The notes beneath the pieces were generated by a model that did not search any database, was not told the DNA's origin, and saw only the letters and a list, made by a program, of their open reading frames with translations. The position numbers and the translations under genes are program-made. A DNA stretch of 64,000 nucleotides from Parcubacteria group bacterium 21-54-25 (GTDB taxonomy: Bacteria > Patescibacteriota > Minisyncoccia > Phycocordibacterales > Phycocordibacteraceae), in assembly GCA_002255585.1 (NCBI GenBank), contig NCBJ01000003.1:21571-85570 (forward strand), written 5' to 3'. Positions within the stretch are counted from its first letter, which is position 1. Each line of letters starts with the position of its first letter. This document shows positions 10,486-22,207 of this stretch, piece after piece.

Positions 10486-10516
10486 TAGCGCACCAGCGCG
10501 AGCAAGGGTGCGCGCT
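10486..10516 (+). promoter_or_regulatory. CIRCE-like inverted repeat (TAGCGCACC-N12-GGTGCGCGCT) upstream of groES. It is a putative HrcA operator and is followed by an AT-rich promoter region.
   Basis: Inverted repeat seen directly. Its position 45-75 bp upstream of groES is typical for CIRCE, but the sequence diverges from the TTAGCACTC-N9-GAGTGCTAA consensus. Confidence 0.35.
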
Positions 10517-10560
10517 CTGTATTATTATCAGCATATCTGTGCGATATTTATTTATTACCT

Positions 10561-12518
<1,958 letters not shown>

Positions 12519-12540
12519 TGCTCATTCATATTTTTCTACA

Positions 12541-12580
12541 CAGCCCCGGCCACAGAGCGGCCGGGGCTGTGTCTTTTGTG
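12541..12580 (+). terminator. Rho-independent terminator after groEL
   Basis: CAGCCCCGGCC-acagagc-GGCCGGGGCTG followed by TGTCTTTTGTG. Confidence 0.7.
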
Positions 12581-12618
12581 CTACACTGCAGGTTATAAAC
12601 CATAACGTCATATATGCC

Positions 12619-13182
12619 ATGTCAACTACTCTGATCATTGTGCTTGGTATCATCGCCGTTCTTTTGGTCTGGATGGTGTTCATGTACAACGGCTTCATTT
12701 CGCGCATGAATCGTGCCAAAGAAGCATGGTCTGATATCGAAGTACAGATGAAGCGTCGCTACGACCTCATCCCCAATCTTATTGAGACCGTAAAGGGTTA
12801 CGCTGCGCACGAGAAGACAGTATTTGAGGACGTGACCAAAGCACGCACCGCTGCGATGGGCGCCTCGGGCACAGCAGGAAAGGCGCAGGCAGAGAACATG
12901 CTTTCGGGCACGCTTAAATCGCTCTTTGCGGTTGCGGAAAATTATCCCGATCTCAAGGCGAATCAGAATTTCTTGCAGCTGCAAGCAGAGCTCACCGATA
13001 CGGAAGACAAGATTCAGGCCGCGCGCCGTTTTTACAACGGCAACGTACGCGACTTCAACACCGCCATCGAACAATTTCCAGGGAACGCCATGGCGAGCAT
13101 GTTCCACTTCCAGCCGATGGACCTCTTTGAGCTCGACGAAGCAGACGCCGCTGCCAAAGCGCCAGTGGAGGTGCAATTCTAA
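12619..13182 (+). CDS. lemA: LemA family protein
   Basis: N-terminal TM then NGFISRMNRAKEAWSDIEVQMKRRYDLIPNL, typical of LemA. The start is moved to the ATG at 12619. Confidence 0.85.
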   Translation: MSTTLIIVLGIIAVLLVWMVFMYNGFISRMNRAKEAWSDIEVQMKRRYDLIPNLIETVKGYAAHEKTVFEDVTKARTAAMGASGTAGKAQAENMLSGTLKSLFAVAENYPDLKANQNFLQLQAELTDTEDKIQAARRFYNGNVRDFNTAIEQFPGNAMASMFHFQPMDLFELDEADAAAKAPVEVQF

Positions 13183-13218
13183 ATGATTGCCCCTAATCTG
13201 CGGTTCGAGTAATACGAC

Positions 13219-14109
13219 ATGGCCACGCTCTACACGACACAATCCGCAAACGTACGACGCACATGGCTACTCATGGGCGGGTTTCTCGTATTGGTCATTG
13301 TGGTGGGATTTGCTATCTCGTATATCTACAATTCACCCCTCATTCTCTACGTTGCCGTTGCGTTTGCGCTCCTTATGAACGTCTGGAGCTATTGGTATAG
13401 CGACCGTGTGGTACTTCGCATGACCAATGCACACCCGGCCACGCGTGAGCAATACTTTGATTTCTACACAGTGACCGAGAACCTCGCCATCACCGCCGGT
13501 CTGCCCATGCCAAAGCTCTACGTCATAGACGACCCGGCGCCAAACGCGTTTGCTACCGGCCGCGACCAAGAACATGCCGTAGTATGCGCAACGAGCGGCC
13601 TGCTCTCCATGATGGACCGCACCGAGCTTGAGGGCGTGGCGGCGCACGAGCTCTCGCACGTGAAAAACCGCGACATTCTCCTCATGACGGTGGCGGTCGT
13701 GCTCGCGGGGTTCCTTGCTATCCTCGCCGACATTTTCCTGCGTATGACGTTTTGGGGTGGGGGAGATCGCGAGCGTGGTGGAAATCAGATCGCATTCGTT
13801 CTTGCCATCGTCGGCATTATCCTCGCGCCCTTTGCCGCGCAGCTCATTCAGCTTGCCATTTCGCGTAAGCGCGAGTACTTGGCCGACGCTTCCGGTGCGC
13901 TTCTCACGCGCTATCCGGAGGGCCTGGCTTCTGCACTGCAGAAAATAGGCAGCTACAACAAACCGATGCGAAAGCCAAGCCACGCCACCGCGCATCTGTT
14001 CATCGGCGACCCATTCGGCGCCAAACCCACTGATTGGATTGAACGGCTTTTCTCTACGCATCCGCCCATTAAGGATCGCGTCGCTGCACTTCTAGGGAAC
14101 GCGCAGTAA
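13219..14109 (+). CDS. htpX: Zinc metalloprotease HtpX (M48)
   Basis: HELSHVKNRD HExxH motif, multiple TM helices, conserved lemA-htpX pair. Confidence 0.9.
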   Translation: MATLYTTQSANVRRTWLLMGGFLVLVIVVGFAISYIYNSPLILYVAVAFALLMNVWSYWYSDRVVLRMTNAHPATREQYFDFYTVTENLAITAGLPMPKLYVIDDPAPNAFATGRDQEHAVVCATSGLLSMMDRTELEGVAAHELSHVKNRDILLMTVAVVLAGFLAILADIFLRMTFWGGGDRERGGNQIAFVLAIVGIILAPFAAQLIQLAISRKREYLADASGALLTRYPEGLASALQKIGSYNKPMRKPSHATAHLFIGDPFGAKPTDWIERLFSTHPPIKDRVAALLGNAQ

Positions 14110-14118
14110 AATTATTTT

Positions 14119-14913
14119 ATGGAAAAACGGCCCGACGTTTCGCATGAGCGCAAGAAGGACTCGCGTGAGTCTGTGGCGGAAGGAGGGGTGCTTCGCATGG
14201 TAAGTGAATCTGTGCAGGACCTGATTATCGATGTGGAGAGAGGTCGCTCTGTTTCTCTGGAAACGCTGCAGCTTGTGCAGGCGCAGCTCGAGTACGCGCG
14301 CGAACAAGTCGCAAAACGAGAACAAGCTCTCGAAGAGGCCGAGCGCACTGCACACGAGCACCGCGAAGAAGCCACAAAAGATTCGTTGACCCATCTTTTC
14401 AACCGTCGCGGTTTCATGGAAGCCCTCAGTATGAAAATAGAACGCACGAAGGAATCGCCTACGGATCTGCTCTATGCTTTTTTTATCGATCTCGATAAGT
14501 TCAAATTTGTAAACGACACGTATGGGCACGAGATGGGTGATCGCTATTTAACAATAGTTACCGCACACTTACACAAAGCCCTGCGTCCGGACGATACTCT
14601 CGCGCGTTTCGGCGGTGACGAGTTCACTGCGCTATGTTTTGTGCGTTATAAAGGCGAACAGGCAGAAGAAAGTCACGATGTGGGAGCTTCTCACATAGCC
14701 CTCCGCATTCAATATGCCCTCGACGCTGCGCGTCAAGAATTGAACGAAGAAATTAAAAGAATATTTCCCGATGCTCCACTAGCACACGATGTCGGGAGCG
14801 TCGGATATGCTTTTTATGACCCCACCGAATCTGTCGACGCCGCAGCATTTATCAGGCAAGCTGATAGACGTATGTATGAACAAAAACAAAAAGACAGTGC
14901 TGACAAGCGCTGA
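14119..14913 (+). CDS. GGDEF-domain diguanylate cyclase with an N-terminal coiled-coil
   Basis: [27 protein letters not shown], and RFGGDEF motifs. Confidence 0.8.
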   Translation: MEKRPDVSHERKKDSRESVAEGGVLRMVSESVQDLIIDVERGRSVSLETLQLVQAQLEYAREQVAKREQALEEAERTAHEHREEATKDSLTHLFNRRGFMEALSMKIERTKESPTDLLYAFFIDLDKFKFVNDTYGHEMGDRYLTIVTAHLHKALRPDDTLARFGGDEFTALCFVRYKGEQAEESHDVGASHIALRIQYALDAARQELNEEIKRIFPDAPLAHDVGSVGYAFYDPTESVDAAAFIRQADRRMYEQKQKDSADKR

Positions 14914-16507
14914 GGGATGGTGAGAGAGTATGGTATACCGATAGGGCACGTACGTGCATGGAGAGGTGGCTGAGCGGTCGAAGGCACCGCCTTGGAAAGG
15001 CGGCGTACGGGAAACTGTACCAAGGGTTCGAATCCCTTCCTCTCCGCAGAGTCGGACGGTCAGCACTTTTCGAGAAGCATAGGAAGGGCTTCTTGGCCTC
15101 AATGCTGAGGATCCTGCCCTTTAGAGTGGGGTTCGAACCGACCGTGCTTATGATTCGCCTCTTCAGCGCGTCATCGCCCTCGGTGTACCATTTCGCGGCC
15201 CTACTGCTAAACGAGATCAGAGCCTTGGCGGGTTCGAACCATTTGCCGTCGGAGTTCGATAGCGCTTCCTGAAGACGGGCTTGTTCTTGCTGGAGCGCGG
15301 CGCGTTGTGCCGTAAATTCCTCGTCCCCGATCAAATCTCGAATCCTCAGCGTCGTCAAATTTACGAGTGCTCTCCCCGCTTCATCAGCTGCATGCTGATG
15401 TGACGCCTTTTGCTGCGCAGACACCTCTTGCTCGGCTCTGCGTGCCTTCGCCACTTGCTCGATTCCCCAGATGTGTAGGGGATCCGGTATGCGTAGCGTG
15501 GCGAGAAACTCGCGAAAGGCTTGGTCGAGCTGGGCGGCCGACAAGGAGCGCTGCCGGCAGCGGTAATCGAGTCGACGCCTACTGCAGTGGTAGTACGTAT
15601 AATGCCGGCCGTGGCGGTTGACTTTGTGTTCTGCAGTGACCATGAAGCCGCATTCACCGCAGCGTATAAGGCCGGTAAAGGGAAAGGAGTGGCGGATCGA
15701 TTGCGGTTTCCCCGGCTTGGCGAGAAGTGCCCGCACGCGATCGTGCTCGTCGAGCGTAATCATTCGGGCGTGAGCGCCAGGGTAGATTTGTCCGCCCCAG
15801 ACGAGCACGCCCGCGTAGAACGAGTTGTGCAGGATTCGATGGATACCGCCAATGGTGAGATATTTCCCACCAATACGCTTATGCTGCCGGGTTCGCAGTC
15901 CCCACGCACGGGAATGCTCCATGAGGTCACGGAGTGAATAGGTCCCGGTGAGCGCTAGGTCGAAGAGCTTCCTCACCAAAGCGAATCGGTCAGGATCTTT
16001 GACGATTGTGCGTGACGCGGGGTCATTGAGATAGCCGATCGGCGCGCCGTTGGGGCGCCATCCACGGGCTACCTTTGCGCGATTTCCGCGCTTTACATTT
16101 TCGCTCAGGTTGTCCACGTAGTACTTCGAGTACCCGAAGATGATCGAGAGCATGAACTTCCCCTGGGAGTTGTTTTCGAAGCTGAACGTGGAGAACTTGA
16201 GGTCTTTAAGCGAGCGGCGGTCGAGGAGGTAGATGATCTTCCCGCCATCCACCGAATTGCGTGCCAGGCGATCTGGGTGCCACGTGATGATCCCGTCGGC
16301 TTCCCCGCGCTCAATCCGCTCGAGCATCACGTTGAATATCGGCCGCCCCGGGGCCTTCGCGCTATACGACTCCCGTAGGACTTCAACGACCTCCACTTCC
16401 GGGCGACCCTCAAACGCCCGTTTCAACTCCGCCTCTTGCGAGTCAATGGAAAGTACTTGGCGGTCTTCCGCTTCGCTGGATTTTCGGCAATACACAAAAT
16501 ATTTCAT
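14852..16507 (-). CDS. Large serine recombinase (resolvase/invertase-type catalytic domain plus recombinase, zinc-ribbon and coiled-coil domains). The true 3' end is uncertain because the ORF reads across tRNA-Ser on the opposite strand.
   Basis: N-terminal [19 protein letters not shown]...[13 protein letters not shown] catalytic-Ser domain. Cys cluster (CGECGF...YYHC). C-terminal tail contains GRDSNPW, which is the translation of the tRNA T-arm. Confidence 0.8.
   Translation of the reverse strand: MKYFVYCRKSSEAEDRQVLSIDSQEAELKRAFEGRPEVEVVEVLRESYSAKAPGRPIFNVMLERIERGEADGIITWHPDRLARNSVDGGKIIYLLDRRSLKDLKFSTFSFENNSQGKFMLSIIFGYSKYYVDNLSENVKRGNRAKVARGWRPNGAPIGYLNDPASRTIVKDPDRFALVRKLFDLALTGTYSLRDLMEHSRAWGLRTRQHKRIGGKYLTIGGIHRILHNSFYAGVLVWGGQIYPGAHARMITLDEHDRVRALLAKPGKPQSIRHSFPFTGLIRCGECGFMVTAEHKVNRHGRHYTYYHCSRRRLDYRCRQRSLSAAQLDQAFREFLATLRIPDPLHIWGIEQVAKARRAEQEVSAQQKASHQHAADEAGRALVNLTTLRIRDLIGDEEFTAQRAALQQEQARLQEALSNSDGKWFEPAKALISFSSRAAKWYTEGDDALKRRIISTVGSNPTLKGRILSIEAKKPFLCFSKSADRPTLRRGRDSNPWYSFPYAAFPRRCLRPLSHLSMHVRALSVYHTLSPSLSACQHCLFVFVHTYVYQLA
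14960..15046 (+). tRNA. tRNA-Ser (anticodon GGA), type II with a long variable arm. No CCA is encoded.
   Basis: Acceptor GGAGAGG/CCTCTCC, D arm GCTGAGCGGTCGAAGGC, anticodon stem CCGCC/GGCGG with loop TTGGAAA, variable stem GTAC/GTAC, T arm AAGGG-TTCGAAT-CCCTT. Confidence 0.8.
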
Positions 16508-16936
16508 AGGGTTGTGAGTAACGACGATTAAACAGTACCACGCTTCTGGCGACCGCCCGAGCCACGGGGTCGGGAGGGCGCGGCGACATGTACCCAGGCC
16601 AATCAAGGGAGGCGATCACCCCCCCGGGGGGGCGAGTGAGCGTGCAGAGCCTTTCCAGGGCGCATTTGTTGACGCAATTTGTAGCGGAGCCCGCACGGCA
16701 GTAGCGGGGCGGACGGTATAGCGCCGAAATCCAGATCCGTGCGATAGAGCGTACGGACCGTAACCCAAAGGAGCTAGGGAGGGACACGAGCCGCCCGGGT
16801 GCAATTCGCCCGTATCGGTTTGCCCGACGAGAGCGTATCCCCCGGCGGCCGGAAAACGCCGCGGGGCGGGAATACGGATGCCCTCGGCAGTGTACGGCGC
16901 CTTTCTCACGTTCGCTTCTCCAGGTACCGTGGCGGC

Positions 16937-18268
16937 ATGTCTGAAGGACAACAACCGGCGAACCATATCAACCCGCCAAGCGACAACAAAGAGCGTGTCG
17001 GCAGCGCCCGCCCGAGGGCGACGGCCGCCGCGATCGCAGACGGGAAGGTCCTTGTTGAACTGGTATACGACGCAGAGCGGGAGCGTACGGGGTTCGCGCG
17101 CTTTGAGGAGGGCCACTGGCGCCTCGTATCCGAGTACACGTCGAGCAAAGGGCGGCGCCTCGTGCCGTACGCGGCCCAGAACAACCTCATCAGCAATCGT
17201 GTCGTCCTGCTGCCGTCGGCACCGGAGGAGTACGGCACGCACGGACAACTTTTAGGCGAGATCGAAGCTTTCATCCACCGCTATGTGGATGTCAGCCCGA
17301 CGTTTGAGAAGATCGCGAGCCACTACGTGCTTCTCTCCTGGCTCTATGACGGCTTTAATGAGCTGCCGTACCTGCGCCTCCGAGGCGACTACGGAAGCGG
17401 CAAGACCCGTTTCCTCCTTACCGTCGGCGCCCTTTGCTATAAGCCCATCTTTGCGAGCGGGGCGTCGACCATATCGCCCATCTTCCACATCCTCGACGCC
17501 TTTCAAGGCACGCTCGTGATCGACGAGGCGGACTTTCGCTTCAGCGACGAGAAAGCGGACATGGTGAAGATTTTGAATAACGGCAATGTGCGGGGGATCC
17601 CCATCCTCCGCAATGAGCTTTCGCCGACCAAAGAGTACAACCCCCGGGCCTTCCAGGTCTTCGGCCCTAAAATCGTCGCCACCCGTGGCTACTACCAAGA
17701 CCGCGCCCTCGAAAGCCGGTTCATCACCGAGGAGATGGGCACGACGGCCCTGCGCGACGAGATCCCGATCAACCTGCCGACGGCATACCAAACGGAAGCC
17801 CTGGCGCTCAGGAACAAGCTTCTCCTGTATCGTTTCCACCGCTATGGGCGGGCGTACGCGGCACAGCCGGATCTCGATCGCACGATCGAGCCGCGACTTC
17901 GCCAAATTCTCGCCCCGCTTATGAGCGTGGGCGATGAGTCCCTCAAGGAGGATCTGCGCCTCCTCGCCCGTCAATATCACCGCGACATGCTCGCCGAGCG
18001 CGGCATGGACACGGAAGCGCGCGTCCTTGAGGCGATCCGGGAGCTCGCAACGGAATCGTCTGCCGAGCCGCTCACCGTTAAGGCCGTCACGGAGCGATTC
18101 ACGGCACGCTTCGGCGGCGAGGCCGACCGCCCTCCAACGAACAAATGGATTGGTGGGGTCATCCGCAGACGCCTCAACCTGCACACCCAAAAGAGCCACG
18201 GAAACTTCATCATCCCGCGGCACGAACAGGAAAAGCTCGCCCGCCTCTACGAGCGCTACGGCCTCTAG
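16937..18268 (+). CDS. P-loop NTPase (Walker A GDYGSGKT, Walker B VIDEADF), probably a replication/primase-associated ATPase of the integrated element
   Basis: Walker motifs seen directly. It is divergently transcribed from the recombinase. The family assignment is an inference. Confidence 0.5.
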   Translation: MSEGQQPANHINPPSDNKERVGSARPRATAAAIADGKVLVELVYDAERERTGFARFEEGHWRLVSEYTSSKGRRLVPYAAQNNLISNRVVLLPSAPEEYGTHGQLLGEIEAFIHRYVDVSPTFEKIASHYVLLSWLYDGFNELPYLRLRGDYGSGKTRFLLTVGALCYKPIFASGASTISPIFHILDAFQGTLVIDEADFRFSDEKADMVKILNNGNVRGIPILRNELSPTKEYNPRAFQVFGPKIVATRGYYQDRALESRFITEEMGTTALRDEIPINLPTAYQTEALALRNKLLLYRFHRYGRAYAAQPDLDRTIEPRLRQILAPLMSVGDESLKEDLRLLARQYHRDMLAERGMDTEARVLEAIRELATESSAEPLTVKAVTERFTARFGGEADRPPTNKWIGGVIRRRLNLHTQKSHGNFIIPRHEQEKLARLYERYGL

Positions 18269-18629
18269 CGGGTGGACATGGGGGATGTGGGGACATATAG
18301 CGACGTGGATACGAGTCGCCGTGCCGGGCCAAAAGCAAAGGAAACGCCTAGTGGGTATCCGCTAGCGCACCCGAGGGAACGTCCCCAACATCCCCAACGC
18401 CCCCATTGTCTACCCGACCCGGAGTCCGCCGCCCCCTTCCCGCACCGTCGGCATACATTGACAAATCGGCAACTCCATGTTGTTCTTATACCCCACTTGC
18501 CGATGTGCCTTGCCGATTCGCGCGACCTGCCGTGGGCGGCAAGTTTCCCTTTCTTTCCCCGAGCGTCTCGGCGCCTATGCTTGTCCTTGCGACACGACCC
18601 GACGTGGCCGTGTCGATCCCGACTTGCTT

Positions 18630-19004
18630 ATGTATCGACGAACGCACAACTACATTCGCGCATACCGCAAGCGCGCGGGCTTAAGCCAAGACGAGCTGGC
18701 GCTTTTGCTCGGATGCCGTAGCGGCACCAAGGTGTCTCGCTACGAACGGCACGCCCGTACGCCAACACTTGAAACCGCACTTGCGTGCCAGGCGATATTC
18801 GGCGTTCCGGTGCATGAGCTCTTTCCGGGCATGTATAGGGAGGTCGAACAAGTAACACACGCACGGGCACAGACGCTTGCGCGACAGCTTCGCTCCACGC
18901 CCGGCACGCCGCTGCCGGAGCGTAAGGCGCAGCTACTCGACATGATGGGTGCGCCGCGCGACGTCATCGCCCACCCAAGGAACTATGAAGCATACACGAG
19001 ATGA
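18630..19004 (+). CDS. XRE-family helix-turn-helix transcriptional regulator
   Basis: RAYRKRAGLSQDELALLLGCRSGTKVSRYERHARTP matches the Cro/C1 HTH pattern. The start is moved to the ATG at 18630. Confidence 0.6.
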   Translation: MYRRTHNYIRAYRKRAGLSQDELALLLGCRSGTKVSRYERHARTPTLETALACQAIFGVPVHELFPGMYREVEQVTHARAQTLARQLRSTPGTPLPERKAQLLDMMGAPRDVIAHPRNYEAYTR

Positions 19005-19506
19005 TGCCCTCGTCCTTGGCATCCACCCCGCTTCACGAGGCATCGGGTATACGGTCTTTGAGGGACCGCTCCGCCTCGTCGACTGGGGCGTCAAGGAGAC
19101 GCGGGAAAACAAAAACCGCGCGGGTATACAGAAAATCGGGGAACTCCTCGCGCTCTACCATCCTTCGGTACTTGTCATAGAAGCGTATCGGGGCGAGGGC
19201 TCGCGGCGCGCGAAGCGCATCCAGGCGCTTCTGGATAGCGTTACGGCATTGGCGAGAGCACGCAGGGTGCCGCTCCGGCGCTATTCCCGCGGCCACGTGC
19301 GCGCGTTCTTTTCGAACTACGACGCGACAACCAAGTACCAGATTGCGACGGCGATCGCGGCGTGGCTCCCCGAGCTCGAACCGCGCCTGCCGCCCGTCCG
19401 TAAGCCATGGATGAGCGAAGACTACCGCATGGCGATCTTCGACGCGGCGTCTTTGTCGCTCACGCACTTCCACCACAGCCGTGGCGAGGAGCGGGGCGCG
19501 GCGTAG
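18985..19506 (+). CDS. RuvC/YqgF-like (RNase H fold) resolvase-like protein. The first catalytic Asp is replaced (LGIHPASR instead of LGIDPGSR).
   Basis: N-terminus LVLGIHPASRGIGYTVFEG is colinear with the RuvC ILGIDPGSRVTGYGV motif. VIEAY (Glu) and FDAASLSLTHF (Asp) occur at the expected positions. Confidence 0.45.
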   Translation: MKHTRDDALVLGIHPASRGIGYTVFEGPLRLVDWGVKETRENKNRAGIQKIGELLALYHPSVLVIEAYRGEGSRRAKRIQALLDSVTALARARRVPLRRYSRGHVRAFFSNYDATTKYQIATAIAAWLPELEPRLPPVRKPWMSEDYRMAIFDAASLSLTHFHHSRGEERGAA

Positions 19507-19624
19507 AGGGCACCCGATTGTTCTTTGTCGGGCGGGCACGCGCGCGTGCCCGCCCGAGCCAACGTCTCCCTGCTACTGAGGAGCACCGAATCCCCGGTGT
19601 TCCTGGCGTGGCAAGGAGATACCC

Positions 19625-20536
19625 ATGGATACCGACCGTTCTTTCAAGAAGTCCGACCTCTATGCCCGGGTGACCGACCACATCATCCAGGCGATCGAAG
19701 CGGGAGCCACGGACTATGTCATGCCCTGGCATGAGCAGTCCGGGGCGGGCCTCCCCCGAAACGCCTCGACCGGAAACCTCTACCACGGGGTCAACACCGT
19801 ATCGCTCTGGACAAGTGCGTCGCGCCACGGATACGGCGTGCCGTACTGGGCGACGCTCCGACAGTGGGGTGCGCTCGGGGCCCGCGTCCTGCGCGGCGAG
19901 AAAGCCTCGCTCGTGGTCTTCTACAAGCGGGAGGAGGCGCCGGCCGACACAGAAACGAGCGAGAGCGTGGGGAAGAGGCGGGGCGTTCTCCGGGCCTCCT
20001 TCGTCTTCAATGCCCTCCAGGTTGACGGTTGGTCGCCGCCGGTACCCGAGAAGACCGATCGCACCGAGCGGCTCCAGGCGGCAGACGACCTCATCGAGGC
20101 GCTCGGGGCCGAGATCCTCTACGGGAGCACCCGCGCCTGCTACAGCCCGACCCTCGACCGCATCTTTATGCCCGGGCGTCCCCAGTTCATTGATGGAAGC
20201 ACGAGCACCGCGACCGAAGGATTCTATTCGGTCTTGCTCCATGAGCACATTCATTGGTCGGGGTACCGCACGCGGCTCAATCGAGACCTCACGGGGCGCT
20301 TCGGCGATAGCGCCTACGCCATGGAGGAGCTCGTCGCAGAACTGGGCGCGGCGTTCCTCTGCGCCGAGCTTGGCATCGAAGATCACCCGCGGCACGACCA
20401 CGCCGCGTACGTGGCAAGCTGGCTGGAGGTCCTTCGCCGGCAGAAGTCGGCAATCTTCACGGCGGCCAGTACCGCAACGGCGGCTTGCCGCTACCTCTCG
20501 GAGGTGGCAAGCCGGGTGGCCCAATCGTCCCTGTGA
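19625..20536 (+). CDS. ardC: ArdC-like antirestriction protein (N-terminal ssDNA-binding DUF1738 domain plus C-terminal zinc metalloprotease)
   Basis: ArdC_N-like N-terminus (DLYARVTDHIIQAIEAG...MPW). C-terminal LLHEHIHWSGY HExxH motif. Confidence 0.75.
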   Translation: MDTDRSFKKSDLYARVTDHIIQAIEAGATDYVMPWHEQSGAGLPRNASTGNLYHGVNTVSLWTSASRHGYGVPYWATLRQWGALGARVLRGEKASLVVFYKREEAPADTETSESVGKRRGVLRASFVFNALQVDGWSPPVPEKTDRTERLQAADDLIEALGAEILYGSTRACYSPTLDRIFMPGRPQFIDGSTSTATEGFYSVLLHEHIHWSGYRTRLNRDLTGRFGDSAYAMEELVAELGAAFLCAELGIEDHPRHDHAAYVASWLEVLRRQKSAIFTAASTATAACRYLSEVASRVAQSSL

Positions 20537-20949
20537 CCCTCCTCACCGCTGTCCTTTCCGTAGCCCGGCCGCGTGGCCGGGCTTTTTCTATCCATTCGCT
20601 TGAAGCGCCGCCGCAGCGGCAGGGTGCCGGCGTGGCAACTTTCCCCGTCTTTTTGGCGGCCTTCGTATCCGTATGCTACGGGCACGCCGCAGCCGTAGGG
20701 TGAGCGGCGTACAGATCCCACACGTTCCCACGCTCGTCCTCGTTTGGACGGGTAGCCCCCGGGAAGCCGGGGGGAAGTCGCCTGCCGTGTTGTACCACGG
20801 GGGAAAGCGTATCCATCGCATGGGCGCCACCGTTTCAACCTTCACACGGTTCCCCCCCCCTCCAGAGTGCATTGACCCCCGCTCGGGGGTCGCCCGAAGC
20901 CCGGTTCGGCGAAGCGGGCTTCCAAACGGCAACCGAGCGGAGGTGTGCA

Positions 20950-21453
20950 ATGAGCGATAAACAAGATGTACTGAGGGTCGTCGAGATGAACGGGCCGTAT
21001 GTAGCCGTCCGCGACCTTTCCCCCGACGACGTGATCGAAGCCGCCAAGAAGATCCTCAGGGCGCGTTTCCAGCGCGGGAAGAAACTTGATTGTTCCGCCG
21101 ACGCCAAGGATTATGTGATCCTCACCCTCGGCGACCGGGATCACGAGGCGTTTGCCTGCCTGTTTCTTGACACGCGCCATCGGGTGATTCGCTGCGACCT
21201 TATGGCCACCGGCTCGCTTGCGGAGGCGCGGGTGTACCCGCGGGAGGTCGTGAAGCGGGCACTACTCTACAACGCAGCCGCGGTGATTTTCGCCCACAAC
21301 CATCCCTCGGGCGTCGCCGAGCCGAGCAAGGGCGACAAGGCGCTCACGGACCGGCTCGCAAGCGCTTTGCAGCTCATCGACGTACAGGTACTCGACCACC
21401 TTGTCGTGGGCGGTGACGAGACCGTGAGCTTTGCCGATCGCGGGATGTTATGA
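20950..21453 (+). CDS. radC: RadC-like JAB/MPN domain protein
   Basis: HNHPSGVAEPSKGDKALT JAMM motif with an upstream E and S. The start is moved to the ATG at 20950. Confidence 0.85.
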   Translation: MSDKQDVLRVVEMNGPYVAVRDLSPDDVIEAAKKILRARFQRGKKLDCSADAKDYVILTLGDRDHEAFACLFLDTRHRVIRCDLMATGSLAEARVYPREVVKRALLYNAAAVIFAHNHPSGVAEPSKGDKALTDRLASALQLIDVQVLDHLVVGGDETVSFADRGML

Positions 21454-21461
21454 GGTCTTCG

Positions 21462-21488
21462 GTCGCTCCTTCGGGGGCGACTTTTTTA
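21462..21488 (+). terminator. Rho-independent terminator after radC copy A
   Basis: GTCGCTCC-ttcg-GGGGGCGAC followed by TTTTTTAT. Confidence 0.6.
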
Positions 21489-21624
21489 TGCAAAGCGGCC
21501 GTGACGCGTCTGGTGCCATCCCGCCTTCGAGGGTGTATAATCCCCACATTTCCCGTGTTAGGGCACCCACGACCAGTCGGGGCCAACACACGAGCGCGTT
21601 TCTGCGCGCTACGGTAGGCGTACC

Positions 21625-21930
21625 ATGCCCGCATCGATCAGCGAAATCATCGCGAATTTCGTGGCCTTCATCAATGAGCACGGCGGCGCGGGCGACTCGT
21701 GGTACGTCGGAATCGCATCCGACCCGCGCGATCGGCTCGTGCGTACCCACGGTGTCCAGGAGGACGTCGACATCTGGCTTTTCCGCGGAGCGCCTACGGT
21801 CACCGCCGCTCGCGGTGTCCTGTATTATTTTGTGAACGAGTTTGGTGTTGATGGGGGGCACCCCGACGACGGCACGGATGAGGGACCGTTTGTCTACCTA
21901 TACAAGAAGGCGGTCACTACGCGGCCGTAG
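21625..21930 (+). CDS. Hypothetical small protein
   Basis: 101-aa ORF in a GC-rich segment with no recognised motif. Confidence 0.3.
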   Translation: MPASISEIIANFVAFINEHGGAGDSWYVGIASDPRDRLVRTHGVQEDVDIWLFRGAPTVTAARGVLYYFVNEFGVDGGHPDDGTDEGPFVYLYKKAVTTRP

Positions 21931-22066
21931 TGAGCGCGTGTCGCCTACCGGATGTACAGGTAGCCAAACTAATCAGTATAGGCTGGTCATAAAGATTCGT
22001 GACACCCAGGACTGATCGCTACGCGTTCTTTTTCATGCATACTCTCCAACCATCCTCGGGGTCCAA

Positions 22067-22090
22067 CCGACCCTTCCGGTCGGGTTTTTT
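22067..22090 (+). terminator. Rho-independent terminator (CCGACC-cttcc-GGTCGG-T6). A convergent minus-strand hairpin plus T-run at ~22107-22140 probably terminates the Dcd-like gene.
   Basis: Hairpins with U-runs seen on both strands between convergent genes. Confidence 0.5.
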
Positions 22091-22207
22091 GTGCAGTAAA
22101 TACTATGCGCACAAAAACCGGCCACCTAAAACTAGGTAACCGGTAAGCAACCAGGAGTCCTTGGCCACGAAGCGCTCTCAATTCGGCCTTCGTATCGTAC
22201 AACTTGC

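Noticed and set aside
15100-15250. Possible additional complete tRNA genes (GGTTCGAACC motifs at ~15131 and ~15229)
   Set aside because: Neither strand gives a consistent acceptor/T-stem pairing. I treat them as att-site-like fragments only.
21500-21545. TATAAT hexamer (gtgtataat) upstream of the 21625 ORF as a promoter
   Set aside because: No convincing -35 or TG-extended element at the correct spacing, so it is too weak to call.
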